Shown here: positions 1 to 10,448 of the stretch, piece after piece
Layout of the letters: every line of letters begins with the position of its first letter
How positions within the stretch are numbered: position 1 is the stretch's first letter
Assembly: GCA_963693365.1 (NCBI GenBank)
Contig: CAVNZM010000001.1
Span: 823,245 to 887,244 of the forward strand
DNA from: Amoebidium appalachense
Taxonomy: Eukaryota; Protista; Ichthyosporea
Direction: 5' to 3'
Length of the DNA: 64,000 bases
Position numbers and translations under genes: made by a program
Notes under the pieces: model-generated
Told to the model about the DNA's origin: nothing
The model's database searches: none
The model's input: only the letters and a program-made list of their open reading frames with translations

Positions 1-506
1 CATTCCAACTTCCGATTAAACTAAAGTTTAGAAACTCTTACTTAAATAAATTAAGTAATTATACATCTAGTCACTATTAACTCACATATATATTTTTGTT
101 CGTCTCTATAAAGAAACTTATTTAAATACATATATTTCCCAATAGTCGACACTCTCAAAGTGAAGACACTTTGCAATAAACCGAATTCCATATATATCTA
201 TTGTCCAATCACAACACACATATATTAATAGACTGGAATGCACAACACAATCTACAGATGTACTCGCTCGCGACTATTGGCGAGCCATCCTTTTGAGAAC
301 AAAACTAAGCCATTTTTGAAATAAAGGAAAGACAACGAGTGAGGCTAGCCAATCACGCTACCTCTCAGATAAACAGAGGAGAGCAAACAGAAATAAAATA
401 CAATAAGTTCTTATCAGGCAAGAGAGCCAGGTGTGCACAGATCTACAGATATCTGTGCCCACAGAAACAAGGGGAGAGAGAGATACGGGGGGGGGGGGGG
501 GGGGGG

Positions 507-548
<42 letters not shown>

Positions 549-640
549 ACAAAGAAGGAAAGCAGACACGAATACAAACAAGCTAGGACACATACATACT
601 TCAAGGCTCTTGCTGTCATACATGGTGACGTATTCCAACA
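1..640 (-). mobile_element. LTR fragment (third LTR family) inserted in a Copia integrase remnant
   Basis: Minus strand begins TGTTGGAATACG at 640, abutting integrase-coding sequence. The same terminus occurs at about 15500-15565 (cttcaa(g/a)gctcttgct...acgta(t/c)tccaaca). Confidence 0.55.
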
Positions 641-702
641 CCGAGTCACGTTGATGATGTAGGCAGCATGCTTGAGAGCAGCTCCCCACAGCTTGGGGGA
701 AA
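641..702 (-). pseudogene. Copia integrase remnant (SPKLWGAALKHAAYIINVT)
   Basis: Minus-strand translation matches the integrase segment of Copia families A and B elsewhere in the window. Confidence 0.75.
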
Positions 703-1614
703 TGTTATTTTGTGTGTTTTAACGGAGAAGCAGAGTGCACAGATGGGTGTTATGATATACACAACACACGGACATCTGGGAGAAACACAACCGGAGAGGT
801 GGAACGATTTCTGGGACCATATGAAATGATTTGAACTGCTTGATTTTTATTTCAAGTTTTATACTCGGGAATGTGAAATCGACAAATGCTAAGCCAATCA
901 AAAGAACGTTTCCTTTTCCCTTTTCCTTTCTTCCTTTCTTTCTTTCCTTTCCGTTTCCGTGTGCACAGATATCTTTGATCTGTGTACACATCGAGCCATT
1001 TGGCCCGCGCACATGTAATGTTGTTTGCGTTCATGTCTAAATACGTTGTCCAATCAGCTCCCGTTTAATTTTCCCATATATAGAAACCTACATTCCTCCT
1101 TCATTCTACTCGATTCCTTTCCCATTCCATTCCTTTTCTGTCCTCATTCCTTTTCCTTCTTTTCCCACGACGTAGAATTGCTCCATGCTCCCCAGCTATT
1201 AGGAATACTTATATTTAGACGTGTTATGTTAAGAACATGTATAAATATATGATGTGAACTAATAGATACATAAGTGGTTTCATTTTATTAAATGTGCCGT
1301 ACTTTCATTAGAAGATTGCGATTTATCTTCTATGTGTCGACAGGCATTTCGATCGATTTATTTTACCCTCATAGTTTTCGTCTTTCTGATTGGATAAAAG
1401 AGTTTTCGTTCTCTTGATTGGCTTATCGATTTCACATTCCCGAGTATAAAAGGAATGTCATCTTGAAATAAATATCAAGCAGTTGAAATCATTTCCTATG
1501 GTCCCAGAAATCGTTCCACCTCTCCGGTTGTGTTTCTCCCGTGTGTCTCTGTGTTGTGCCAACATAACACCCATCTGTGCTCTCTGCTTCTCCGTTTACC
1601 CACACAAAACAACA
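703..1614. mobile_element. Copia family A LTR sequence: inverted LTR 3' end (703-~905) fused to a + strand LTR (~907-1614)
   Basis: 907-1614 matches the LTRs at 16414-17173 and 24226-24981 and ends ...cacacaaaacaaca followed by the PBS-like ggtttacggccc. 703-905 is a diverged reverse complement of about 1410-1614. Confidence 0.75.
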
Positions 1615-1690
1615 GGTTTACGGCCCATTTGCACACTAACACACAATCTCGTTACAACCGCGAAATGCCTCCGTACATACTGCTTCAACC

Positions 1691-2763
1691 ATGACTGACA
1701 AACCGTCGTACATCAACCTTCCACAATGGAATCCGTCCGAGAAGAAGGATGATAAGCGTCTCAACTATTTCGAATGGGAGCCACTCATCCACCGTTTCAT
1801 AAGAACCACCATTGCCGAGAAATTCGTTGACGCCATCAAGGCACCACAGTGGGTTGACGGCTCCGACGACAACCAGTGGCTAGGCCACGGCACCAAGGAC
1901 GCCTACAAGAAAGCTTCCGACGTCCTCGACCAAATTCTCAACCAGTCTGTTCATCCTACAGAACTCTACGACTCCGGCCGCATGCAAGACGGTGTTCACG
2001 GTGGAGAAGTCTTCCACAACCTGCGTATGGCTTATGTGGCAGAGAAGGAGGCTCGCGTCACTCAGATTCAAGTCACCTACGAGGAGCTTGAACTACGAGA
2101 CTTCCCCAACGTCACAGTGTACCTCACCCGCCTCCAACGTCTGGCTACGACCCTTGCCTGCCTAGACGAGCCCGTCCAACACAAGGATGTCGTGCGCAAG
2201 TTCTAGTTGCCCCTCACCTCCGCAAGAACACCGCCCTAGTCTGCACTGACATTGAACGTCTCTGCTCCGACTACTGGATGAACAACAAGAATTACCCGTC
2301 CTTCAACCAGCTCATCAGCGACATCCGCGGAGCTGAAATCCGTGCCGGCCTCATCGACGCAGGCACTGGTGCAACCGTCAACAACCGTCCTCCTCTCGAG
2401 CACTTCAGAGCAGGATGCTCCCGCCCGGTGACCTCCGTAACCGTATCCCTCGCCGTGAGAGTCCACCTCACCGCTCCCCGTCCCGTCCCCGTGATCATCG
2501 TCCGTCTTCCAAGTCACCCGGCCCCCGTTCAACTTGCCCTTACCCCCCGTGGTAACAGGGACAACCGTAACCGACAGCACAACAACAAGAGAGTGGAGTG
2601 TTCCTATTGCCATGAACCCCACCACATCACATCATGCCCAGAGCCTGGGTGTGCTGTTGCTCGTCGTGCCAAACAGCAGAAAGGCAACAAGCGTGTGCAA
2701 TTTGCACTCATCTCATCCACCGGCACACCACACCGTGACGACCCCGTCTAGGACAGTGCCTGC
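1691..2763 (+). pseudogene. gag: Copia family A gag (copy A1), disrupted and truncated at the protease
   Basis: Starts MTDKPSYINLP; zinc knuckle CSYCHEPHHITSC; stops and frameshifts near 2205 and 2750 (TAG where copy A3 has TGG of WDSAC). Confidence 0.85.
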
Positions 2764-3867
2764 ATGACTAAGTGCAACACCTATTCACAATACACTACCC
2801 ATTCAAAAAACACCACACCACTCGTAGAAACACAATAACAACCATGCCGAAACTTTCGGTTGATACAGTACTGGCAGAACTTGCCCTCGTTAAGAAACAG
2901 CTAGATGAGCTGTTACCACTTAAGAACAGACACACCCCTCCATCCTTCTTTTAGACTTACATTTATTCGCACTTTTGTCTTCCCGGCATGTGAATATGGT
3001 TTACCCCTTCTCGCCGCTTGGATCAAGAAAGAGAGAACTAGAGCGCTTAAACCCTTGGCAAATTTCCTTGAAGCAGAAGTTGCCTCCTTTCTATCTAACG
3101 ACTGTTGTAAACCTGGGCCTGTAACGCTCTCGATATATGGTCTGGTCCCAATAGCTGCTAGAGTATCCTATCTCGCGCTGAAATTCAATAAGCACATAAG
3201 CCGCTTAAAGAAGTATTTGCCCTCCCACCCTCTCTTCTCTATCCGACCTGTCCCCTCCTCACCTCTCCCCTCTTTCCTCCCCTCTCTCTCCCCTTCTCCC
3301 CTGGGCACAAATACAAATTAACCCCGCAATAGTGTGTGTGTGACTTTGGACTGCCACTTACTTATTGAACATGTACACAATCACAAGATAATCACGCAAT
3401 ATAACAAATGGAAAAAGATACCACACGACACTAGACCCGATGAAAGCATACACCAGGAAAAACTAAGCCTTATGTCTCGTTTTATATATACTGACCGCCT
3501 CAACCATATTGCCAAATATGGCACTCGCAAATGTATAACACCTAAATACATATTACCTTCCTGTAGAACTGGTCTTTCTCTAGCTGATGGTATTATTGAT
3601 CAATTACCACGCTTTTACTGTACACGTGCTCTACAGTGGAGATCTAATAAGTATAAGGTGGCATCATTTGCATGCCCAAACAACACACACACACACCAGT
3701 TTAACCGGTCATGTATCGCCAAATGTAGTTTGATAGACCACATAATACCGCAACACACACACGTCATATTCACAACAGACACCCAGAAAGATAGCCTACC
3801 TGCAAATTACAACATCCTTGATTTTATACTAAACACGCGTAACTACGACCTGTTTATTAGATGTATT

Positions 3868-4517
3868 CTATGAAAACTACTCCGGGACGTGTGTTGCCTC
3901 TAGGGGGACATCCCCTTGGACGAAAGTGAACCTGCAATGGTTGTAAACCACGGCAGGCCCCCAGTCATCAATTTATTGATCCGTGAGGTCCTTGTGCCCA
4001 AAAAACGGGGGAAGTCTTCGCCCCGTGAAAAAACAGCACGTATGTGGGGATCAATGGGGTTGAGTGTAGGGTGTAGGTGGGTGGGTGAAAAAGAAAATGT
4101 AGCTGTAAAGCTGTAGGTGCTAAACACAGAAGATGTGTTGTTGCTTGCTGATCTGCTAAAAACTGTCGTGCTTATATACCTAAGGCTACCGAACTGAGCC
4201 AATCAAAACCGATCTAGTGTTATCATGATGTGAAATCTTATCCTGAGCCAATCAAACTCGGTCTAGTGATCTGTGGAATCTGATGTTTTGATCGGCTAAT
4301 GGGTGCCTGTATGCGGGCAGCCGAACGCGAACTGCTAAGACATGAAACGAAGTCTGTTGATATCGGACACCCATCCTACGTGTTTACCCAGAAAAATATT
4401 TATGTCAATAATTTCCACAAATAAAACCTCTATGAAAACTACTCCGGGACGTGTGTTGCCTCTAGGGGGACATCCCCTTGGACGAAAGTGAACCTGCAAT
4501 GGTTGTAAACCACGGCA
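3868..4517 (-). repeat. Ngaro 3' split direct repeats B2 (3868-3955), A2 (4085-4429) and B1 (4430-4517)
   Basis: The 88-bp B copies are identical by eye; A2 is near-identical to 13936-14273. Confidence 0.9.
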
Positions 4518-4545
4518 CGAGAGCAGTATGCTTGCTCCAAAGGTT

Positions 4546-5580
4546 TCACTTAAGAATAGAGGCGAATACACGTGTGGTAGTGGCAGCAATGGAGGCCGGA
4601 CGAAGTCGGGTATAGATCAGGAAACAGTCGGAGGACCACCTGCCGAGTTGTTTGATCCGGGAGTCGTCGACCCCGGCCTCAGCCAGTGCTGTGGCCCCCC
4701 CGATGCGGAGGCTGTGTCCGGCAAACCGGGAGGGTGAGAGGCCTGCCCGGGAGAGGAGGGCACGGAAGTCGGCAGAGAAAGCACTCTTGGCGTAGGGGAT
4801 GCCACCGAGACTGAAGAGGGGGTCGTCGGGTTGACCGGACGTTGTATCCAGGCACTGCCGGAGGAGATGGGCTGGGGAGAAGTGGGTGAGGGGCAGGGCA
4901 GCTAGAGTGACGTTGACACCTCGGGCCTGTACATCCGTCTTAGAGGTTGGCAGGTGGAGGGTGGCATGGGACAAAGTACCGGTGGGGGTGTAGGTGAAGG
5001 TCACGTCTTTCCGTTTAACGTGACGGGACGGGTCGAAAGAAGTCAGGGTCTTGGAGGTAAATTCCCCTGAACGGAGGAGACCACAGAAACCGACGATGAG
5101 GGCCGTCCATAGCCGGAGATTGGCCGAGGAGGCCTTGGTGGGGCACTGGCCATGAAGTAGGCTGAGGTGGGAGGGCAGGAGGGGTTCCCTGGTGGATGAG
5201 CGGGGTCGGATGTTGTGAGAAAGCTGCCATCTGCCCACCCCCCGTAGGAACCACCAGGCCAGAGACTTGTCGTGGGGGTAGGGAGCAGGGAGGCCCATGT
5301 CGAGGTGGAGCCTGGTGATGGCCGAATTGTAGCTGGTTAAGGAAGAGGCCTGTACCCCTCGTTGGGCACACCAGGCGAGAAAAAGTTGCACGGTGTGTGG
5401 GGAGGCCGGGAGGGAGGACCCGGAGGGGGATTGCAGCCGAGAGGCCACACAGAAATCGATGAACACTTTTTGCACCCGGGAGTAAAAGGCCCGAGAGTCG
5501 AGGTTGAGACTCAGGGCCTGGCATTCCTGCAGGGTAGTGGTGGCTCGAAGCAGCTCGGCCGGAGCAAAGTGGGGGGCCAA
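4546..5580 (-). CDS. Tyrosine recombinase of the Ngaro element
   Basis: Motifs GLLRSGEF, SKTD and GHSLRIGGAT...LGRWSSDCFLIY supply the R-K-H-R-W-Y catalytic set; 344 aa open. Confidence 0.92.
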   Translation of the reverse strand: MAPHFAPAELLRATTTLQECQALSLNLDSRAFYSRVQKVFIDFCVASRLQSPSGSSLPASPHTVQLFLAWCAQRGVQASSLTSYNSAITRLHLDMGLPAPYPHDKSLAWWFLRGVGRWQLSHNIRPRSSTREPLLPSHLSLLHGQCPTKASSANLRLWTALIVGFCGLLRSGEFTSKTLTSFDPSRHVKRKDVTFTYTPTGTLSHATLHLPTSKTDVQARGVNVTLAALPLTHFSPAHLLRQCLDTTSGQPDDPLFSLGGIPYAKSAFSADFRALLSRAGLSPSRFAGHSLRIGGATALAEAGVDDSRIKQLGRWSSDCFLIYTRLRPASIAATTTRVFASILK

Positions 5581-5630
5581 TCTGCCAGCGTTGCTCCGGA
5601 ACGGGAGAGCTGGGGGGGGGGGGGGGGGGG

Positions 5631-6402
5631 TTAGCCCAAGGGGAGGGATAGGAACTCGTGGACCCAGGAGGGGAAGGGGCAGGGCTCCGGTTGCAGGGAA
5701 GGTCGGAGTCGTCGGGCCCGGGGAAGTTGGTTACGAGAAATGGCATCGGCCAGATGGTTGAGGGGTCCTGGTAGGTAGGATGCCTGTAACGTGAACTGGT
5801 ATTGCATTTCCATGCGGGTGATGAACCGAATAAGTTTGGCCATCACAGGGTGGGGGGAAGACCGGGAGTGCAGGTCAGACACAGCACCCGTGTTGTCGCA
5901 TAAAATACGGACATGGTGGGTGGACCAGGAGGGGGCCCAGAGGGCCACGGCGGCTGCGATGGCCAGGAGTTCGATGACGGAAGAACCGAGTTTACCCTCA
6001 TGAGCATAGAGGGCTTGGGTGGAGGGGGACCAGGGCATGAAGAACCATTGGTCGAGCCAGTGGCCTCCTAGACCCACCGATCCGGCAGCATCGGTGGCCA
6101 GGGTAGTGTATGTGGGGGGTGTGATGAGGTGCACCCCATTCCATGATGTGAGGAACTGGTGCCATTCGGCTATGTCGGCCCGGGCGGCAGCAGTCAGTCG
6201 TATGTGGTGGTGGCCGGCAAGGTGTGGGTGGGTCCGGAGAAGGGCCCATAGGCGCTGGGAGAAGGCCCTCCCGGGGGGAACCAGCTGGGCACACCAGGTG
6301 AGTTTGCCGAGGAGGGACTGGAGGTCCCGAATGGTGATGGTGGGCTTTGGGTGGGAAGTGAGGTCGAGTAGGTCCGAGAGCTTGGAAGCCGGGATTCGTG
6401 CC
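5631..6402 (-). CDS. Ngaro RT thumb/RNase H (3' part of RT-RH)
   Basis: TDAAGSVGLGG...IELLAI...CDNTGAV...NHLADAISR is a DIRS-type RNase H. It joins 10449 across the GTGCC TSD (IEFDSIAMEA|RIPASKL). Confidence 0.88.
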
Positions 6403-7336
6403 TGTTATAATACGTAGTATTTACATATTGTAAGATCTTCTCAGTTCGTGTTATGTTTTCATTCATTTACTTAATGAAAAAGATGTGCTCCTTGTACGTA
6501 AATTATGACATCGATCTCCAGTGTATTTGAGTACTTGTAATCGTGTTGTGTCGGCTATATTCGTGTGTTTAGATATCGATTACAGCAACTGATTATAGGT
6601 ACACGAGTCTACCCAGTGAGGGAGAAACGTGTACATGTTATGTGTACATGAATATCTTCGGTTATAACTGTGTTTTGCTGTTCGTGTTTTCTGTCCTGCT
6701 TTCTTTTCTTTTTTCCTCTTTCTTCTTCTTTCTTTTCTCTTTCTTTCTTCTCTTGTTTCCTTTCACATAATTATATTTCTCTCTCACTAATATACGTTGA
6801 GTAGATTTATATTACTCGTTATGTTTTGATTGGTAGAAAAACACTTAGGCTACACTTTAGCTTGTCAGGTATGATTCATAGCTTAGTCAAACACTTTTGT
6901 TTTGTGTGTTGCCGTACTATATCCAATCAGTGGACTTAGTCAGAAAATGTCTGAGTCTTTGTAGCCGATGATAGGTTAGAAACATCACCTCTTTCCTCGT
7001 TACTCTTCACCTCTTTTCTTTCTTATAGCTGTGACCTATGGTGTGCGTTCCTGTGTCTCCGGATCTATCCGGGAAATAATCAGTTAATTGTGATTGGTTA
7101 TTTTAGACATAGATCTGATTTCCGACTGGTCGGAAATCATGTATGGATTTAACTTAAGGGAATTTCAGGTATTTATTAGCGATCAAAATAAATTGAGTTC
7201 AGTCGTGTCTAAACATTGATGTCTGTTGTGTACACTTCTCCGATCCTTCCGTGTTTTGTTGTTGTGTGTCTGTGGTGTTTTCACACTGCACCACTGTGTC
7301 TCTGCTTTCATCCCAAAATACTTATACAATTTAACA

Positions 7337-7366
7337 GGTTATGGGCCCAGCACGCTTCCACTGCGC
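7337..7366 (+). promoter_or_regulatory. Primer-binding site complementary to the 5' half of initiator tRNA-Met
   Basis: GGTTATGGGCCCAGCACGCTTCCACTGCGC is the reverse complement of GCGCAGTGGAAGCGTGCTGGGCCCATAACC (tRNAiMet about nt 10-39). Confidence 0.85.
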
Positions 7367-7397
7367 ACATCTAGAACTCGCGCTCGTTTTTCAATCA

Positions 7398-10300
7398 TGG
7401 ATCCAAACAAAACTGGCGTAAACAAAATCACCATGTGGAAAGGTGAAGGGAAGACTGGTCCCGATAGCAAAACCACCTATTTTCAATGGGAAATCATTTT
7501 TCTCGGCATGATGACCGGCACTAAAGGTGTCCGACTCGTGGATGTTGTACTTGCTGACAACTACGTCCCCCCTACCACCGTCGCGGTTGACGGTGAACCC
7601 CCCTTCTATGGCTACGGCACTACCGCGGAACTCAAGGAGGCCCGCAATTGCCTCCTGCTCCATATGATACAGAACATCGACCCTTCCGTCCTCACCACCG
7701 TTGCCCAGTACCGTATTGGCATGGACCCTGAACGGGCCATGTGGAAATTCCGTCAACACTATCTCCAAGGCAAACCCGATCAGATCCGCATCCTTCACCG
7801 TCAGTGGGATGCCTGTGCCCTTCAGCCCGGTGAATCATTCACCACCTACCTGAGCCGTCTGCAGACCATCGTGAACCAGCTCCAGTCCCTCCAAGATGAG
7901 TCCATTCACTTCACTCGTCTAGCTGAGAAGTTCTTCAATGAACTCACCACCAGAGACGACCTCACCCCTGAGTTCAACCGCCTTATCGAAGACTATCACT
8001 TCGGTGATAAGCTATTCCCCGACTTCGAGTCCCTCCACAACCACGTCAAGGGCATCGAGTTACGTCAAGACCTCAAGATGCAACTCCGGAGCAACCGTGC
8101 CCACCGTGCCCCCAAGTCCAGCATGGCATTAAATGCCAGTGCTCCCCCCCGTGATCTTCCTCGCCGTGACTTACGCAACCGACTTGACCGTACCCCCGGT
8201 ACGGACCTCCGAACTCGTCTCTCCCGTCAGCACACCCGCTCCCGTTCCCCCCACCGGCCTGCCTTCCGGTCCACGTCTCGTTCCCCCAGCCGTTCCCGTT
8301 TCTCGGGTTCCCGTCGTTCTGATTCCCCGGCTCGTTCTAACACCCCGTCCGTGAAAGCATGCTCCTACTGCCACGAGCCTGATCACACGATCATCGATTG
8401 CCCTGAGCCGAAATGCCGTATGTCCAGACACAACCGTTCCCGTCAAGGCAGTGAGAAATCTGTCTCCTTTGCTTTCTCGGCATACAATGCTAGCTCCGTC
8501 CCCGTGTCCTCCGACCCTGCCTGGGATTCCGGGTGCAACATGACTGTCTGCCCCACCCGTGAGTTCTTCCATGATCTCACTCCCCTTCCGACACCGACTC
8601 CCGTTGCTGCCTTCAATGGCACCCCCGTCTTGGCCACTCACACTGGCCATATCGTCATCAACACCACCACCGACCATGGCACTGCCACCCTTACCATTGA
8701 AGCCTACTACACTCCGTCTGGCCAAGCCTTCCTCATTTCAACATCCCAAGCTGCTGCCGAATACATCAAGGGTGATTTGAACGATGCCTCCACTCCGTCA
8801 TTCCTCTTCGACCGACTTACCGGCCGTCATCTCGTCAACCTCCGTCTACACAACGGTCTGTATTACTTCAAGGACTACACCATTCAACCACCCACTCGTC
8901 CTGTGGCTCTGGCTGCCACTACCAGTGTTAACCCATCCATCTGGCACCATCGTCTGGGGCACCGTGCTATGACCAGCATCAAGGACATGGTGAAACACGA
9001 CCTTGTTATTGGTCTCCCCTCCTCTGTCCTCGACTGTGATGTTCCTGATTGTCATGGCTGCATTATGGGTAAAACCACCAAGGCTCCGTTCAAGGGTGAC
9101 CGTCCTCACTCCAACATCCCCGGTCATGAATGGCATTGGGATTTTTTTGAGCCTACCACAACATCGTACGGAGGTTCCAAGGTTGCTCTCGTTACTGTCT
9201 GCCGTGCCTCTGGCCTCGTCAAGATCTACCCGATGGCCGACCGTACCACCACCCTGGACATTCTCACAGCTCACACCAACCTCGTTGCCACCCATGCCCC
9301 CTCCAAAGTTGGTATTTACCACTTCGACTCCGGCTCTGAGTTCACCTCCAAGGCTACCCGTGCTTTTTGCCTCTCCCAGGGCATCAAGGCCAGCTATGCT
9401 CCGGTGGACTGCCCTCAACTGAACGGCTATGTTGAACGTCGTATGCGGTTCCTCCAAGAGATTGTCCGTTGCCTCCTCCATCAAGTCCAAGATCAGTCTC
9501 TGTCCCCCAAACTGTGGGCTGAGGCCCTCCAACATGCCGCCTACATCATCAACGTCACCCCGTCCACGACTGCCAATGGTCATACACCATTCGAGGTTTT
9601 CTACGGTGTCAAGCCCGACATCTCCGAGCTCAAAGTGTTCGGTTGCCCTGCCTACACTCACGTGCCAGCTTCTAAACGGAACAAGCTGGCCCCCACCGTC
9701 AACCTCGGCATGTATATCGGCTATGATCTTCAATCACACTGCCACCGGATCTTCAATCCCACCACCCATCGTGTCGGCCTCTTCCGTGATGTGATTTTCG
9801 ACGAATCAGCTTATCTCCCGTCCGACATTCCATCAACATTTCCGACCCCCGACACCACTGCTACCTCGACCACCCCACCCCCCACACTTGACACTGAAGA
9901 TGATGTTTGTCTGGTGTACTCTGGCCCCCCTCCTGCCATTGTAGTTCCCCCGACACCCCCCCCCACCGGCCCCCCTGCCCCCGTGCCCGTCCAGCCTGCC
10001 GACCCTCATCCTGCCCCTGGCAACGTCACACCCATCCGCCCCGGCTCCCCCGACAACTTCCACTCGGCCCCGTCCAGCCCGGAGGTTGCCCCCCCTGCAC
10101 TTCCGAACTTCCAAGTTCCCCCCCCCACCGTCTCCACCTACCCCGGTTCCTGCACCCCGTCGTTCTGCCCGTCTACAGGGCAAGGTTGGACTTCAAGCCA
10201 CCACCACCCTCCCAGTCCCCCCCGGCCCCCCCATCAACATCGACCAACTACCCAAACTTGTCCGTCAACTGTGTTCCGGACCCAATGGTGACCAGGTCAA

Positions 10301-10443
10301 GTCAGCCCTGACTGCTGAATATCAAGCCTTCGTCGACAAAGACATCTTTGAACTTGTTGACCCTCCCCCTGGTGCTAACATCGTCGGCTTCAAGTGGATT
10401 GTCTCCGAGAAAACTCTCAACTCGGCTGGTGACACCAAGATCA
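7398..10443 (+). pseudogene. Copia B gag-pol (gag, zinc knuckle, protease, integrase, RT start), truncated
   Basis: CSYCHEPDHTIIDC; WDSGC; WHHRLGH...CHGC; D-D-E integrase core; near-identical to 36185-40600. Confidence 0.9.
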
Positions 10444-10448
10444 GTGCC

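Larger units (their letters stand above)
6403..10443 (+). mobile_element. Copia family B element with 5' LTR (6403-7336) but no 3' LTR
   Basis: TGT...ACA LTR of 934 bp; tRNAiMet-half PBS; gag-PR-IN and the start of RT; flanked by GTGCC at 6398-6402 and 10444-10448. Confidence 0.9.

Noticed and set aside
4546-5580. Phage integrase or Crypton
   Set aside because: It is embedded with gag, RT/RH and split direct repeats, so it belongs to a YR retrotransposon.
7337-7366. tRNA-Met gene
   Set aside because: Only 30 nt, antisense, and directly after an LTR: a primer-binding site.
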